This document shows, in pieces, positions 53,541 through 64,000 of a DNA stretch of 64,000 nt. The notes under the pieces are model-generated. The model had not been told where the DNA came from. It searched no databases and worked only from the letters and a program-made list of their open reading frames with translations. Within the stretch, counting starts at the first letter, position 1. Each line of letters starts with the position of its first letter. This stretch comes from Mytilus trossulus (lineage: Eukaryota): the NCBI RefSeq assembly GCF_036588685.1, contig NC_086373.1:39742001-39806000 (forward strand), read 5' to 3'. The translations under genes and the position numbers were made by a program.

Positions 53541-54814
53541 TGAAAAAGTTGTATTACCAGTAGAGGCCTTGTTCAAAGTAATTGCTGTTCTTTAAACATG
53601 TTGCTATCATTCAATGATTATTTTACGGTAACAGAAAGAACCTACAAGCTCAAATGGGATTTGAAATAGGAGGACATCCATAAAACTGACAAAAGAAAAC
53701 TTTACTACTTTATCAAACAACGGGAACAAGTGGAAAACAACTGTTAAATTCCTGATTTGGTACAGACATTTTGCGAGGAAAACTTGGTTGAAATCTGCTT
53801 TTATAGCTAACTAAACCATTAATCTGTATGACAGTTGTTTATAGTTCCTTTATATTAACCAAAAAAAGTAATCAATTCCAACGGACATAATTGGAGAATG
53901 TGACAAATATTGGGATCGAGCAGGCAAAACTGTACAAATGTGTTTTACCTAACGAACAAATCCATACAAATATACCAATAAATAAATATCTCAAATACGA
54001 TAACAAAGAAGTTTAAAATGATTGTAAATAAAAACAACAGTAGTATACTGCTGTTCAAAAGTAAATTATACATTTCGTTTGTCTGAAGAGCTTCTCTTGA
54101 TTTATTTAACCAGGAACGCTCAATCCCAATGTTGAAAGATAGGGACGTACACGTGTTAGGTGTTTTATGACAAATAGGGATTTGGTTTTTGCTACATAAA
54201 ACATGCAAAGTCCAAATAACAGAAAATGAATGAAATATAAATTAAACACACACATGAATTAAGACAACAGTAGTTGACCGATATTTTGAAATTTCGTAAA
54301 TCAATGAAAAGAAGACAAATCAAGGTACTTTGTTAGTCTTGTATTATTTTAATTTTAGTTTCTTGTTTACAATTTGGATTTAGTATGGCGTTCATTATCA
54401 TAATAACTAGTATATATTTGTTTAGGGGGCAGCTGAAGGATGCCTCCGGGTGCGGGAATTTCTCGCTACATTGAAGACCGATTGGTGACCTTCTGCTATT
54501 ATTTTTTTCTATAGTCTGGTTGTTGGTTCTTTGACACATTCCCCATTTCCATTCTCAATTTTATTGTTTCACAAACAAACAGTTTTTGTATGAATTCCTT
54601 CAAAAAACTGATGCCTCGAAATGGCGTGAGTCTCCAGCTATGTCATCTCATCCACCACGCGGTTTAAACTCAGTCAAAATGTTACATTTAGGTATATTGA
54701 CACAATTGGTTAAATTACAGATCAGAAGACTCTACTGGTATCTAAAGATCTAAAACCTCAAAAACATGTTGTGATTGATCTTGAGATTCAATGCTTGTTT
54801 ATCTTGTCGTAATA

Positions 54815-55580
54815 CTTACTTACTTAGGCCCTTGGCTCCTCCGGGGAGCATAGGCCATTGACGAACTCCCTCCATCTAACTCGATTTTGGGCAAGCTTTT
54901 CCAGTGTGTTCCAGTTGTGTCCTTGCTGTTTTATTTCCGATTATGTGTCCCTACGCCAGGTGTTTCTTGGTCGTCCTCGGTTTCTTTTTCCTTGAGGATT
55001 CCACTTAAATGCCTGTCTTGTAATGCTGCTTAATGGTTTTCGCAGTGTGTGGCCTATCCATACCCATTTTCTTTTTTTGATTTGGATGTCAATGGGTTCT
55101 TGTCCAGCTCTTTTCCATATGTCTTCATTTCTTACTTTTTCGAACCATCTGATGTTCATGATTCTTCTTAGGCAGTAGTTGGTGAACCTTTGGAGTCTAG
55201 ACAACATTGTTTTGGTTGTTCTCCATGTCTCAGATCCATACAAGAGCACTGATCTGACGTTGGAATTGAAAATTTTCATTTTTGTGCTTTTTGAGATGTT
55301 CTTGGCACTCCATACTTTCCATAGAATGTAAGATGACTCTGACTTTGTTTATTCTTGCTTTTACATCAGCGTCTGTACCTCCTTCTATATTAACAATGCT
55401 TCCTAGATACGTAAACTCCTCTAGTTCTTCTTTGTTGGTGTTGTTTATCTTTATTAGTTGGTTACTTTTGGTGTTGATCTTCATAACTTTTGTTTTTTCT
55501 TCGTTTGGTTGGAGTCCAAGCTTTATAGATGTTGAAGAGAGAAGTGTTGTTTTTTCTTACATTTGTTGTTGTGTACTGGA
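54815..55580 (-). mobile_element. 5'-truncated RTE-clade LINE
   Basis: ORF2 C-terminus EEFTYLGSIV...GGTDADVKARINK / KIFNSNVRSVLLYGSETW...CLRRIMNIRW...WIGHTLRK...WNPQGKRNRGRPRNTWRR; (TAAG)n 3' tail; exact 15-bp TSD TATCTTGTCGTAATA at 54800-54814 and 55581-55595. Confidence 0.95.
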
Positions 55581-56141
55581 TATCTTGTCGTAATAGTGAC
55601 AGTAAAACTTCAATTTCAGCTCTTGCTCTGTTGGAGTATTTTTTTGTAAGGTATGTACTCTGATTCATATAAATACAACAACAACATCGGCTAGTAGTTG
55701 TGCACAATTAGTAGACATAGGAATATCGACTGATATATCAATCCACCAAATCTAAAAACAAATATTATTGATTAAAAATCCTAACATTTTTTTTGGACAT
55801 ATCTCACAGTTTTCCGACGATATACTACTGTAACAAGGGACTTAATAAATCTATGAATTGTCAAATGTGCCGTATTTTTGCGCCTGTCCAAGTCTTGAAC
55901 CTCTAGCATATGTGAGACTCTTATTGGAAAAACATTTTTCTTTGTTTTTGGTGAAAATATTAAGTTTGATATTCGATAACGAAGCCAGCATAGCGAGGTA
56001 AATCAAGATTTGAAATAAAAATAAAAACGTATGATTTTTTTCCTAATCTAAGTCATTTCTTTAGATACACATATAAATACGTACGGCAAATAGTTTAGTT
56101 GTTATCCCAGATACTCGCTGTTTGTGGTTCATATATTAAAG

Positions 56142-59100
56142 ATGAAGATTGTAAAGTCACAACTGACTTTATTTGTTTATACTTTTCGTGTAACATATGT
56201 AATTAGATATAGAACCATTAGTTGTCTTTGTGGTATTGACTATCGTTGTTAAAAAAAAACTCATGTTAGGGTTTAAATCAATAACGTGATTTTAATGGTC
56301 ATTTAATCAATTCTTTTCACTGCAATAACACAATCATACCAAACAGAAGTTTGTGCAAAATTTTATAAAATAGTATTTAAAAAGATATGATGGCAAATTC
56401 ATTTCCGGTATCTCAAATAAAACATTCTGTTATCTTAAAAAAAGAATATGCGATATATTCTTACTTGAACTGTGATAAGATGATTGAATCTTTTTTTTTT
56501 TTTATCCCTTTACAACATCTATGTACTTTTCGGCAATGGGCAGTTTATCTAAAGAAATCAGATATTTCACTGGATACCAGTTGCGGCTCCTTTAATAGCA
56601 GATGTGTTCTCTTATTCTTATAACTGGCTGTTTATGGTCAAATTTATCAAAGATCCGTCTTAACTACATCTAATTGAACATTTACATTTTGTTTACGTTT
56701 TCTTTTACGAAGTGATCTACTTGAAATAAATATTATATAAACAGCAATAATTATTCATGCTTTTGCATATTTGTAATTTTAGTTACAATAGAGAAACTAT
56801 ATACAAAAATGTACGATAAAACAGACGAACCTTCATCTCAAACTTATTTTGGTTAATATCACAATTTTAGAAATATGATAGAATTTGTTTCAAGGAGCTG
56901 TAAAAATAATTAAGTTCAATGACTTTTCAAATCATATTAGTACAGAAAAAAGTAAAATCACAAACATACTGAAATTAGAGGAAAATCTAATCGGAAAGAC
57001 CATAATCATATGGCAAAAGAAACACTGGATTTTTCACTGGTGGTCACTAAGAAGCAACAGTAAGCAAGTTGTATCCTAGTGAAATGACGTATGCCAATGA
57101 TTTTTGCCTCGTGTGTTGTATTCACTCACCTTAAAGTTTTCCATTGAAAGAAAGATCTGTTAAAAATTATTTGCCTAACTAAATCTCTGTCTAAATGCTA
57201 TTGTGACATTATGGTGTCGTATAATAATAGCTGTGTTAGAGCGACATGTTATTGAATTATTATTATGCAATTCCTGTTTATTGATATAAAAACTAACTAG
57301 ATGTGATACAATCATATGAAAATCATGCATGTCATTTCATAGATAATCGCGAATATGTTCTTAATGTCGCAACTATAATCCTGTCCTAGTTTACCGAATT
57401 ACAGAATTAGACTGATTAGATATAAAAAAGATGTGGTGTGAGTGCCAATGAGAAAACTCTCCGTTCAAATAACAATTTATAAAAGTAAACCATTATAGGT
57501 CAATGTATGGCCTTAAACACGGAGCCTTGGTTCACACCGAACAACAAACAATAAAGAGCCCCAACATGACTAGTCTAAAACCATTCAAACGGGAAAACCA
57601 ACGGTCTAATCTATATAAAAAAACGAGAAACACGTATAAATTACAAGGTTTGTACTAACACGAGCAACACAACGGGCCCCGTATGAGGATCAGGATGTGA
57701 TAACCCTTCCGGGGCAACTTATATCACTTACAGTTTTTGTTGGGGTTCATATTGCTTAATCTATATGTTGTGTTGTTTGGACTATTGTTCGTTTTTTTGT
57801 TGTTTTTTCCCTTTTTTTTTTTTTAGCAATAGCGTTGTCAGTTTATTTTCGACTTATGAATTCGAATGTCCTTTTGGAATCGGTCTCCCTCTCTCTTTCA
57901 TGATTTTATGAAAATCAAACGTAATTCATTATATGAACTGTAAACGCTATTTATACCACTGTACGTTAAGAAACGTTTCCCTTTGAACTTGGCAGATCGG
58001 GTAGAGCAAATAATTGTGACTACATAGGTATTATTATTTCAGGTAAGCATAATGTTGGTATGGGTTCCAGAAATCCAAACATATATTTTATTTACGACAG
58101 GGGATACATTTGAGCATACTTCAAGTCTTGGAATAATAACTGGTCTAACAATTAACAAATACAACACCACTTTATCGCTTTCAAGAGAATATCATAAGCT
58201 TAAACAATGTTAAATGTACCAAACTAAATGCAGTATATGTATGAACATGAAAAACGGAGCACTCACAAACGGACATGGTAGAATGTTTGATGACTCTAAG
58301 ATGACAGCTGTAGGTGACGTCATTATAGTAACAATAAATTGTAGATTGAACATATTCGGATGCGTAAAGGTTGGAAAAAGGAGGTTTGTGGATAATATTG
58401 AGGATTACGGAGGAAATCCTCAAATGATCACAGTATTTGGAGAACCTGCAGTGGCACAAGTGTGTAACTTCAGTCAATGATTCCTAAAAAAGATAGTTGT
58501 ATCAAAGAGCAATGGCTCAGATCGCATACATGGATGATATCAGAGACTCTGATAACTACGAAAAGCTCTTAAGAACCATGGGCGAACAGTTAACTGCTCT
58601 GAATGTAAACCTGAAACAGTTTAATGCTTGACAATGTTTCTTCGGTAAATCTTCTAAATCATATGCAAAGAGTGAAAGGAATCTTAATACTGAGTTTTCT
58701 CCATCAAGCAAAATATGAGCGATCGAACATATTCTAGATAACAAGCTAACATATGGGACTCCTATTGACATACTATCTAATTAGTTATCAAAGTTACCAG
58801 GTTTATTATTTGATACGTCAGACACGCGTTTCGTCTACATAAGAATGACAGCCAAGATCTGAAATGAATTATTTTTAAAAGGAAAGTGTATTTTATACTC
58901 GGTAGTTAGTGTCTATGATATTGTTTTTTGTATAGCTGTTTTAATATTATGGTGTTTCATGCTAAGATATATCGATACATTTTATAGAAGTAATATACAT
59001 GTATTTTAATGTGTGTCTTACAGTCTCTCATAACTCTTTTTAAATTGATTTGTTAATATTATATTGTGTTGTATATCATTTTTGTTTAAAGAGATAAGAC

Positions 59101-60650
59101 TCTAATACATGAACATTATTTGCTGTTGCCTTGTTGTTGTTGTTAGATCAAAATCAAAAATAAATAGTTAGAAATCCAAACAAGTTTAAAGAAAAAGGGC
59201 AGTGAAAACCCAAAATTCCCAAAAAGTTGTGCTAATTACGGCTAAGGTAATCTATGCCTTGGATGAGAAAATCCTTATTTTTTTTTATGAATTCATACTT
59301 TTGCAAACTGTAGATTTATAAAATGACTATATAATTGATATTCATGTCAACACCGAAGTGAAAACAAATCCTGATTTGGAATCTTTACTTATGTTTATAA
59401 GTATTGATTGTATAGCAGGATCGAATGACTTAAAGTGTTGTGTATTTTATTTGAGCTTGTTTGATACAACAAACAACAAATCTAGATTTGGAAAGAGGAA
59501 TACCATCTTATATTATCTGTAACCTTTTTTGTCCTATACGAAACACAGGTATTTTACCAAGGTTGTGTAGTCGTATCACAAGGAATTTGTGAAAAGTATT
59601 CTCCAGCTGCTACCACAAAAGATCAGTCTATGGAAACAATATTTTCAGCAAATGCTTATGCAGATTTTGAATTTGCTACGCTTGCAGTTAAGGGCTTTAT
59701 AGCAGAAGTCAGAGAGGAACGTACCAATATCTTTGTACCCATTAGCCAAACTAGGGACTTACAAACTAGACCTAAATAGGTTAAAGGCTAAGTTATGCAG
59801 ATGAACTGGCGTTCCTATTTGGTTTGGAAAACTGGTATTCTACAGAAAATGCTGTCGTGCAATGTGAAAATGAGTTATCTACTAAAAAGATGCAGTTTTG
59901 GACAAACTTTGCTAAGACGGGGTATGGTTGTCAGACGTAAAGATATTCGTTAATTCCTTTTGAAAATATCAAGAGCAAATATAATACATTGATACATAAG
60001 TAAATAAATATGTTATAATGGTATATCAGTTTTTTATACCCACAAGAAGACGTCAGTTTTACCTTTCAAAACTATCAGATTTGTTAAACAAACAGATACA
60101 AGTCACGGCCGTTTGATTGTTCGGGATGTATGACTACATAGCAATGCCTGATTGGACACGTTCTCTCATGGAAATATTAATACTTGAAATTCAAATGCCA
60201 ACAGGAAGAATCTGGTATGTGTAAGTTGTATTTACAATGAGTAGTACACATATGATTCACTATTGTGTCGTCAAGTAGGACTTAAAAAATTTATTAATAG
60301 TGTAACAAAATGCATATAGTAAGGAAAACGTAAAACGAGCCTTTAAGATTTCCTTAAACAACTGAATTTCGCTATGTATTTGGGTCTGGCTAATGATAAG
60401 AAGCAACTCCAAAATTCTTGAAAAAAGTACACAGTTCCATATAAATTTTTTCAAGGAGTGATTTCAGTTTTACTGCCATACAAGAGTATTTTTTCTATAG
60501 GACTGACAGACCTAGGTACAAATGAATGGCTACCATACAACAAGACCATTTTTGGAGAATACAGAAATTTGACTGTAGATGATTTTTATGACAAAATGAA
60601 ATTTTGGAACTAAGTGATTCCTCAGACTGTTGAAGAGTGTGAAAAGAAGA
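56142..60650 (+). pseudogene. Carboxylesterase copy 3, pseudogene
   Basis: Candidate MKI|GT micro-exon at 56142-56150; decayed exon 58043-59921 (NGHGRMFDDSKM...DVIIVTINCRLNIFG...IEDYGGNPQMITVFGEPAV...FWTNFAKTG|GT) with deletions, stops and a repeat insertion at 58782-59370; last exon from 60501 (TNEWLPYNKT...GEYRNLTVDDFYDKMKFWN*). Confidence 0.9.
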
Positions 60651-60679
60651 AGCACGGAGAAATCTGTTGGTTTTCGTTA

Positions 60680-60812
60680 AAACAAATACTGTACTACCGA
60701 CTCAAACTGTCGCCTTCCTTTGCATCACACAAAACAAACTATACAAATACTGTACTGCCGACTCAAATTGTCGCCTTCCTTAACATCAAACACAACAAAC
60801 TATACAACTACT
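60680..60812. repeat. Tandem duplication, about 62 bp x 2
   Basis: ACAAATACTGTACT(A/G)CCGACTCAAA(C/T)TGTCGCCTTCCTT...ACAAACTATAC repeated. Confidence 0.9.
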
Positions 60813-60904
60813 GTTTTCTAAAGTATTCAAGTTCCTATAGGAGTGCTGATATTCTTTCTCCTGTAAAAGTCAATTTTCTTCAAGCACTCTGTTTTCTGTA
60901 ATCA

Positions 60905-61316
60905 AACCATTCTAATAGCAACCACTCAACAGCGTCGATTTTCCAGCTTGGAAACTGATGGGTTTGTATGTTAGTCCAATTTTCTGACCCAAAGACCCAT
61001 TCTGGATGTGGGTACTTTTTCTACCAATCTGAATTCATTATTAAAACACTGCACAGTCTGGTATTTTACCGAATTAGGATTCCCAATTTAACATATCGTC
61101 AACCATTACACCATAGTTGAAATTCCCGCCCTTTTCGGTAACATCAATTACTGATCCAGGTCCAATTAGTTATCAAAAGGTACCAGGATTATGATTAAGT
61201 ACGATTTAATTTGAAGGAAATTCATTCATGAAAAGTCGTCCTCTAAACGTTTGGGCAAGTGCATCAACATGAGTGGCGGTGTGTGGGCCATACCAAACGA
61301 ATTGGCTTCAATCCTT
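60905..61316 (-). pseudogene. Cyclase-family (kynurenine formamidase KynB/isatin hydrolase-like) pseudogene fragment
   Basis: Manual translation: IEANSFGMGPHTATHVDALAQ...IGPGSVIDVTEK...MLNWES*FGKIPDCAV/IMNSDW*KKYPHPEWVFG...QFPSWKIDAVEWLL; HxxTHxDA metal-binding motif; stops, a frameshift and an insertion of about 39 bp. Confidence 0.8.
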
Positions 61317-62089
61317 AGAAAATAGTAAAATGCAGAGGTGCTGTTATATTCTATAAACAAATAGACAAACTTGTCTTATCTTCGTCATCGGTGTCAACAG
61401 CATTTATTGTTTCCATCAATATATTAAAATATAGAAAAGTTACATGTCAGCAAGGCAAATACTCGACATAGAAAAGTCGAAAATATTTTTATTTAAGATT
61501 TCACTTCGGTTCTATCAGATAATTTCTGGAAATTCTATCTTAAGACGTTATTCTATGTCTTCTTTTTAGAATAACGTTGTTCTTCATAGTTCTGATGAAC
61601 ATTTTGAAAAGGCACCGTTTGACAGCAAGTGGGAATTCAGAATTCATAATGTTCCCGGTAGATTGCATATTTAAAAAAAAGATACTAGCTTGTTAATTTT
61701 CTGTTATTTTACCGCTATTTCAAAATGCATCCGAAGGAATCTGTTTTGAAAAGCTTATTTTATTGATACTTCAAGTTTTGTTGAAATCGTTCCACACAAA
61801 GTATGTGATAATTTTTATGTGCTTAGATTTTATGTCAAGTAACTGTACATAATTGCGTTTCCGTCCTTCTCATGATCATATTCTGTACTCCTTAACATTA
61901 CCCCCCCCCCCAAAAAAAAAAACCCCATAGGCTAGGTTGCATTTTATTCACTTTGCATTCACTTATATAGTCTTTGCATCAGAATTAACCACTTTTTTTC
62001 TAAAACCATGCCACGGATAATTGCTCTTCTCATATATATTAATGATGGTATAATGATGGTATTATACTTAACCCCTAACAGGAGGGATT

Positions 62090-62597
62090 GTGATATTCAT
62101 ATGATGAAGACATAATCTTTTATAATAAATGAGGTCTGGAGCTGGCATGTCAGTAACTGCTAGTAGTCTGTAGTTTTTATTTATGTATTATTGTCATTTT
62201 GTTTATTTTCTTTTGTTTCCTATTCTGACATCGGACTCGGACTTCTCTTAACCTGAGTTTTACTGTGCGTTTTGTTGTGCGTTTATTTATCTACATTGGC
62301 TAGAGGTATATGAAGATTTGAGATGTCAAAAAACATCTTTAACCCCGCCGCGTTTTGTGCCTGTCCCAAATCAGGAGCCTCTGGCCTTTGTTAGTTTTGT
62401 ATGCATTTTAGTTTTAGTTTCTTGTGTATAACTCGGAGTTAAGTATGAAATATTTATCTAGGGGCCAGCTGTATAAAACCTTAGGGTGCGGAAGTGTCTC
62501 GCTGCATTGGAGATCCATTGGTGACCTTCGGCTGTTGTCTGCTCTATGGTCGGGTTGTTGTCTCTTTGACACTTTCCCCATTTCCATTCTCAATTTT
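62090..62597 (-). repeat. High-copy interspersed repeat family B (end AAAATTGAGAATGGAAATGGGGAA..TGTCAAAGAGACAACAACCCGACC)
   Basis: Long inverse-orientation copy at about 44608-45130; partial copies at about 200-290, 14845-14930, 26645-26712 and 54330-54565; shares the GGCTCCTGAYTTGGGACAGGCACA core with family A. Confidence 0.85.
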
Positions 62598-64000
62598 AAG
62601 ATTCAATGTCATAAATCAAATATTATCGTTATATTTTGGGTACAATTAAAACTGATATTAAAAAGAACGAATCAAAGATACTTAGGCTTATTTTGTTTGT
62701 TTGCAAGACGCTCCTGACTTAGGAGAGGCTAATGTAAAGAGTGGCGGGGTTACAAATGTTAGCAGCCACCAACCCTCCCCTAACCTGGGCACGATCCTGC
62801 TCTACTGTATAGACAAATTTCAATTGATGAAAACTGAAAGATGAATTTAAGATCTTTTTAATGTTTTATACGTTGAAAGATTTCTGTCTCTTTAACGTAC
62901 ACTCACATCTCATTTGTTCACATTGAGGTTATAAAATATAAGAATTATTCAATGAATATTGAAAAAAGTTAATTAAAATTTGAAATCGAAATATAAATTC
63001 TTTCCGACAATGTCATTTGCATAGACACGTGTCGAGAGGTCAAAGATAACGATTATGTAAATTAGCAGGAACAGTGCATATCCTGCACTATTAATTTTCC
63101 ATATTTAAAGTACAAGATATTGGTCAGCTGATATAAAGTACATGTTTTGATACCCTTATATAAACCACCATAGTGTGTTATCTACACTGAATGACATGAA
63201 TATAACATTTCATTAAATTTTAAAGTACATAAAAATTATAATACATTTTTTTTTAATTTAAAAACATAAAAGCAAAAAGATGATTTCGAACCGGAACGTC
63301 CTCATATTCGTTAAGAATTAACATTGAACACGCATACTGACCTATGTGAATAATTTTAACAGGAAAGTGGAGGCAACATTTAAAAAAAAAAATTTAAACT
63401 GAGATCCCTGGAAGTCTTAAAGAATGGTACTGAAATACATATTTATAGGTTAATTATCCTGTATTGATTAGAAATGTATTGATGTAAAGAGTAAAATCCG
63501 TACTGATTTTAGAGGAGCTAGTAGAAAATCAACTTTTGCTGTTTAGTAAATATACCTTCCAGTGTTCTAAACAAAGTTAACGCCTATACAAATTATTTGT
63601 CAGACGAAAAAAAATAAATAAAATTCTGGCAATGATTGATTGTTACAGTCTTCGACAGTCTTTTTTGATATATTGTGGCTTGTTTTTATTGGCTAAGAAA
63701 GTCGTGAATGTCCTAAGAGAACCATCCACCTCCGATAGGACTATTGAAAATCATAAACAATTTAGATTGGAATCGAGTTTCGTTTCATATCAAATGTATG
63801 CGGACGTGCCAATACTTCTAGCGAAGATGATTTTTAAAAATAAGTTAAAAGAAGCTTGCTTGTTAATTTCTTAAAACGCACTATATATTTGAAGATAAGT
63901 TCAAAGAAGGAAAATCCTAAAACAAATATAATTTTTCTCTTTCACTTGCGAGTTGGATTGAATTGAACAAACTGACTTCGAATTTTAATATTGAATTAAG

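Overview
AT-rich, intron- and repeat-dense metazoan genomic DNA. The repeat families and gene content suggest a bivalve, probably a mussel such as Mytilus (inference). Left to right: (1) the first four coding exons of a CEP95-like gene (- strand, runs off the left edge); (2) an apparently intact 7SL/SRP RNA gene (9074-9369, +); (3) a 5-exon BTB/POZ 'serine-enriched protein'-like gene (-); (4) an SGNH-hydrolase remnant; (5) a complete 17-exon nucleostemin/GNL3-family GTPase gene (20879-42640, -, about 619 aa) whose introns carry a deleted Academ transposon, a hAT derivative, Kolobok-like and Tc1-like MITEs, a 6-bp-TSD element and Helentron/HINE-like repeats, one of which contains a 120-bp copy of the gene's own exon 15; (6) a tandem carboxylesterase cluster (+) with one probably secreted gene, one probably GPI-anchored gene and one pseudogene; (7) a 5'-truncated RTE LINE with a 15-bp TSD; (8) a dispersed repeat carrying a minimal type I hammerhead ribozyme; (9) a cyclase/isatin-hydrolase-like pseudogene absent from the ORF track. 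All exon boundaries were read by eye from GT/AG sites and reading-frame continuity; no database searches were run.
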